Shown here: piece by piece, positions 62,602 to 64,000 of the stretch
How the letters are laid out: each line of letters starts with the position of its first letter
How positions within the stretch are numbered: position 1 is the stretch's first letter
Source of the DNA: Candidatus Nanopelagicales bacterium
GTDB taxonomy: Bacteria; Actinomycetota; Actinomycetes; S36-B12; UBA5976
Reading direction: 5' to 3'
DNA length: 64,000 nucleotides
Assembly: GCA_049421205.1 (NCBI GenBank)
Contig: JBMSMQ010000002.1
Location: forward strand, 1,313 to 65,312
Notes under the pieces: generated by a model
What the model saw: the letters and a program-made list of their open reading frames with translations, nothing else
Told to the model about the DNA's origin: nothing
Databases searched by the model: none
Made by a program: the position numbers and the translations under genes

Positions 62602-63536
62602 GCTGCCATCTCCCGAGACGCAAGTACACGTAAGCGTGCAGAACGAGAGCGAGAATTTTCTTCGACTTCTTTTTCGCTGGGTTCTAGACCTCCAGGACAA
62701 ACAAGGAAATAAGGAGAAACGCTCGGAGGAAATGGCAGGTCAATTGGTTGAGAATCGCTACAAAGTGTTCGAAAAAAGTTTTTGACAATGCGATCTTCAA
62801 GTGAGTGATATGTGAGAACCACTATACGACCATTTGGATTCAACTTTTTGGCAGCCGAAGCCAGAGCAATTCTTAACTGTTGCAATTCTTGGTTCACTTC
62901 AATCCGAATTGCTTGAAACGTTTTGCGTGCGGGATGCCCAGTTTTTCTCAAAACGTAGGCAGGCAATGCATTCTTTATAACATCGACAAGTTCAAGCGTT
63001 GTATCGATTGGACGCTTTTCAACGATTGCTGCGGCTATTTTTTTCGCATATTTCTCTTCACCATATTCACGGAGAATCGTTTCAAGATCTTCTTGACTAG
63101 AGCCGTTAATGACCTCGAATGCGCTTCTCTCTTGATGAATATTCATTCTCATATCGAGTTTGGAATCCTGATGATAAGAAAACCCACGAGCATCATCGTC
63201 AAGTTGCATTGATGAAACTCCAAGATCAAAAAGAATTCCATCAATTCCATCCATTGCTGCTAAATGCAAAACGGAGTCAATGTCAGCGAAATCTCCGTGG
63301 ACAAATTCAATTCTGTTTTCCCAGCCCGAGAGACGATCTTTACTCAGACGCAGTGCTTCCTCATCTCGATCAATCGCGATAACGTGAACACCTGGGAAAG
63401 TTCGCACAACTTCCTCGGTGTGACCACCAAGTCCTAGTGTTGCATCGACAAAAACTTTATTGTTGCCAGCGAGTGCTGGTCTGAGGGCTTCTATACATTC
63501 ATTCACCATTACGGATTTATGTTGGAATTCTGCCAT
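62598..63536 (-). CDS. rsmH: 16S rRNA (cytosine1402-N4)-methyltransferase
   Basis: Motifs HKSVMVNE, DATLGLGGH, DLGVSSMQLD and SLEDRIVK. ATG at 63536 (MAEFQHKSV); the track start at 63599 lies inside a 17-bp hairpin. Confidence 0.95.
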   Translation of the reverse strand: MAEFQHKSVMVNECIEALRPALAGNNKVFVDATLGLGGHTEEVVRTFPGVHVIAIDRDEEALRLSKDRLSGWENRIEFVHGDFADIDSVLHLAAMDGIDGILFDLGVSSMQLDDDARGFSYHQDSKLDMRMNIHQERSAFEVINGSSQEDLETILREYGEEKYAKKIAAAIVEKRPIDTTLELVDVIKNALPAYVLRKTGHPARKTFQAIRIEVNQELQQLRIALASAAKKLNPNGRIVVLTYHSLEDRIVKNFFRTLCSDSQPIDLPFPPSVSPYFLVCPGGLEPSEKEVEENSRSRSARLRVLASREMAA

Positions 63537-63560
63537 TATTTTCGACCCACTGAAGTTCCG

Positions 63561-63602
63561 CTTGTGATGTGGGCATCGGGGAAGTGATGCCCACATCACA
63601 AG
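63561..63602 (-). promoter_or_regulatory. perfect 17-bp stem-loop in the mraZ-rsmH spacer (candidate mraW RNA motif or processing/attenuation element)
   Basis: CTTGTGATGTGGGCATC (63561-63577) pairs with GATGCCCACATCACAAG (63586-63602) around an 8-nt loop. It fills most of the 74-nt spacer. No U-run follows on the transcribed strand. Confidence 0.6.
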
Positions 63603-63610
63603 AAGTTTGG

Positions 63611-64000
63611 TTAGGAAGGTCCAATCACCTCCCCGTCCAGATCAACGAATTCAGGTTCAGAGGCAGAGAGGTAGCTGTTCCACGCAGCTGCATCCCAAAT
63701 TTCAATTCTGGTATCTGCACCGATAACTATGCAGTCACGATCTAATCCCGCATAATCGCGCAGAGACGGTGGAAGAGTGATACGTCCCTGTTTGTCTGGC
63801 AATTCATCAAAAGCGCTCGAAAAGAAAACGCGTGTGTAGGAACGAACCTTGCTACTTGTTTGAGCGGCAGCGCGTAGTTTCGCTGCATAATCGCTAAATT
63901 CATCAGCCGGCCAGATGACCAGGCATCGTTCCTGTCCTTTGGTAATAACCAGACCTTCGGTCAGACCCTCACGGAATTTTGTGGGAAGTATGAGCCGACC
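63611..64000 (-). CDS. mraZ: transcriptional regulator MraZ (5' end beyond window)
   Basis: The reading frame is open from the window edge down to TAA at 63611. Duplicated SpoVT/AbrB-like motifs [11 protein letters not shown] and [11 protein letters not shown]. The track lists only the part from an internal Met (63802). Confidence 0.9.
   Translation of the reverse strand, partial: GRLILPTKFREGLTEGLVITKGQERCLVIWPADEFSDYAAKLRAAAQTSSKVRSYTRVFFSSAFDELPDKQGRITLPPSLRDYAGLDRDCIVIGADTRIEIWDAAAWNSYLSASEPEFVDLDGEVIGPS

Overview
The window is a tightly packed run of housekeeping genes, with about 62 CDS and 58 of them on the minus strand. The gene order matches class Actinomycetia, but the DNA looks AT-richer than typical Actinobacteria (judged by eye, not computed), which suggests a streamlined lineage.

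Reading the minus strand from high to low coordinates:
- dcw cell-wall and division cluster: mraZ (5' end off-window), rsmH, ftsL, ftsI, murE, murF, mraY, murD, ftsW, murG, murC, ftsQ, ftsZ, pgeF, yggS, sepF, yggT
- a plus-strand block: polar amino-acid ABC transporter (3 genes) followed by ileS
- ddbA-like lysine-rich/DksA zinc-finger gene, lspA, rluD, an aldo-keto reductase, a BI-1/YccA membrane protein, dnaE
- tryptophan cluster: small membrane protein, PriA/HisA-like barrel, trpE, two conserved membrane proteins, a two-component system, trpC, trpB, trpA
- SCO1-like and DsbA-like proteins, lgt, pyk
- pyrimidine operon: pyrR, pyrB, pyrC, membrane protein, carA, carB, pyrK, pyrD, pyrF
- gmk, rpoZ, coaBC, metK, priA, def, fmt, rsmB, rpe, ribD, ribE, ribBA

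I checked at least 17 gene junctions by eye that are 4-nt ATGA/GTGA start-stop overlaps. I saw no tRNA or rRNA genes, CRISPR array, transposase, integrase or prophage signal. The largest non-coding gap is about 216 nt.

I do not see convincing evidence of a novel multi-gene system; this reads as an ordinary core region. The modest leads are:
- divIVA and mIHF are missing from their normally conserved actinobacterial positions.
- A PriA/HisA-type barrel sits away from his genes and is translationally coupled to trpE.
- A two-component system lies inside the trp cluster, next to two conserved membrane proteins of unknown function.
- The ddbA-like gene carries 27-nt tandem repeats.
- A perfect 17-bp hairpin lies between mraZ and rsmH and may be the mraW RNA motif.
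- The primosomal PriA homologue has no recognisable Walker motifs.
- ileS has no room for a T-box and appears to be co-transcribed with the ABC transporter.

All family assignments come from motifs read directly in the translations. No database search was run.
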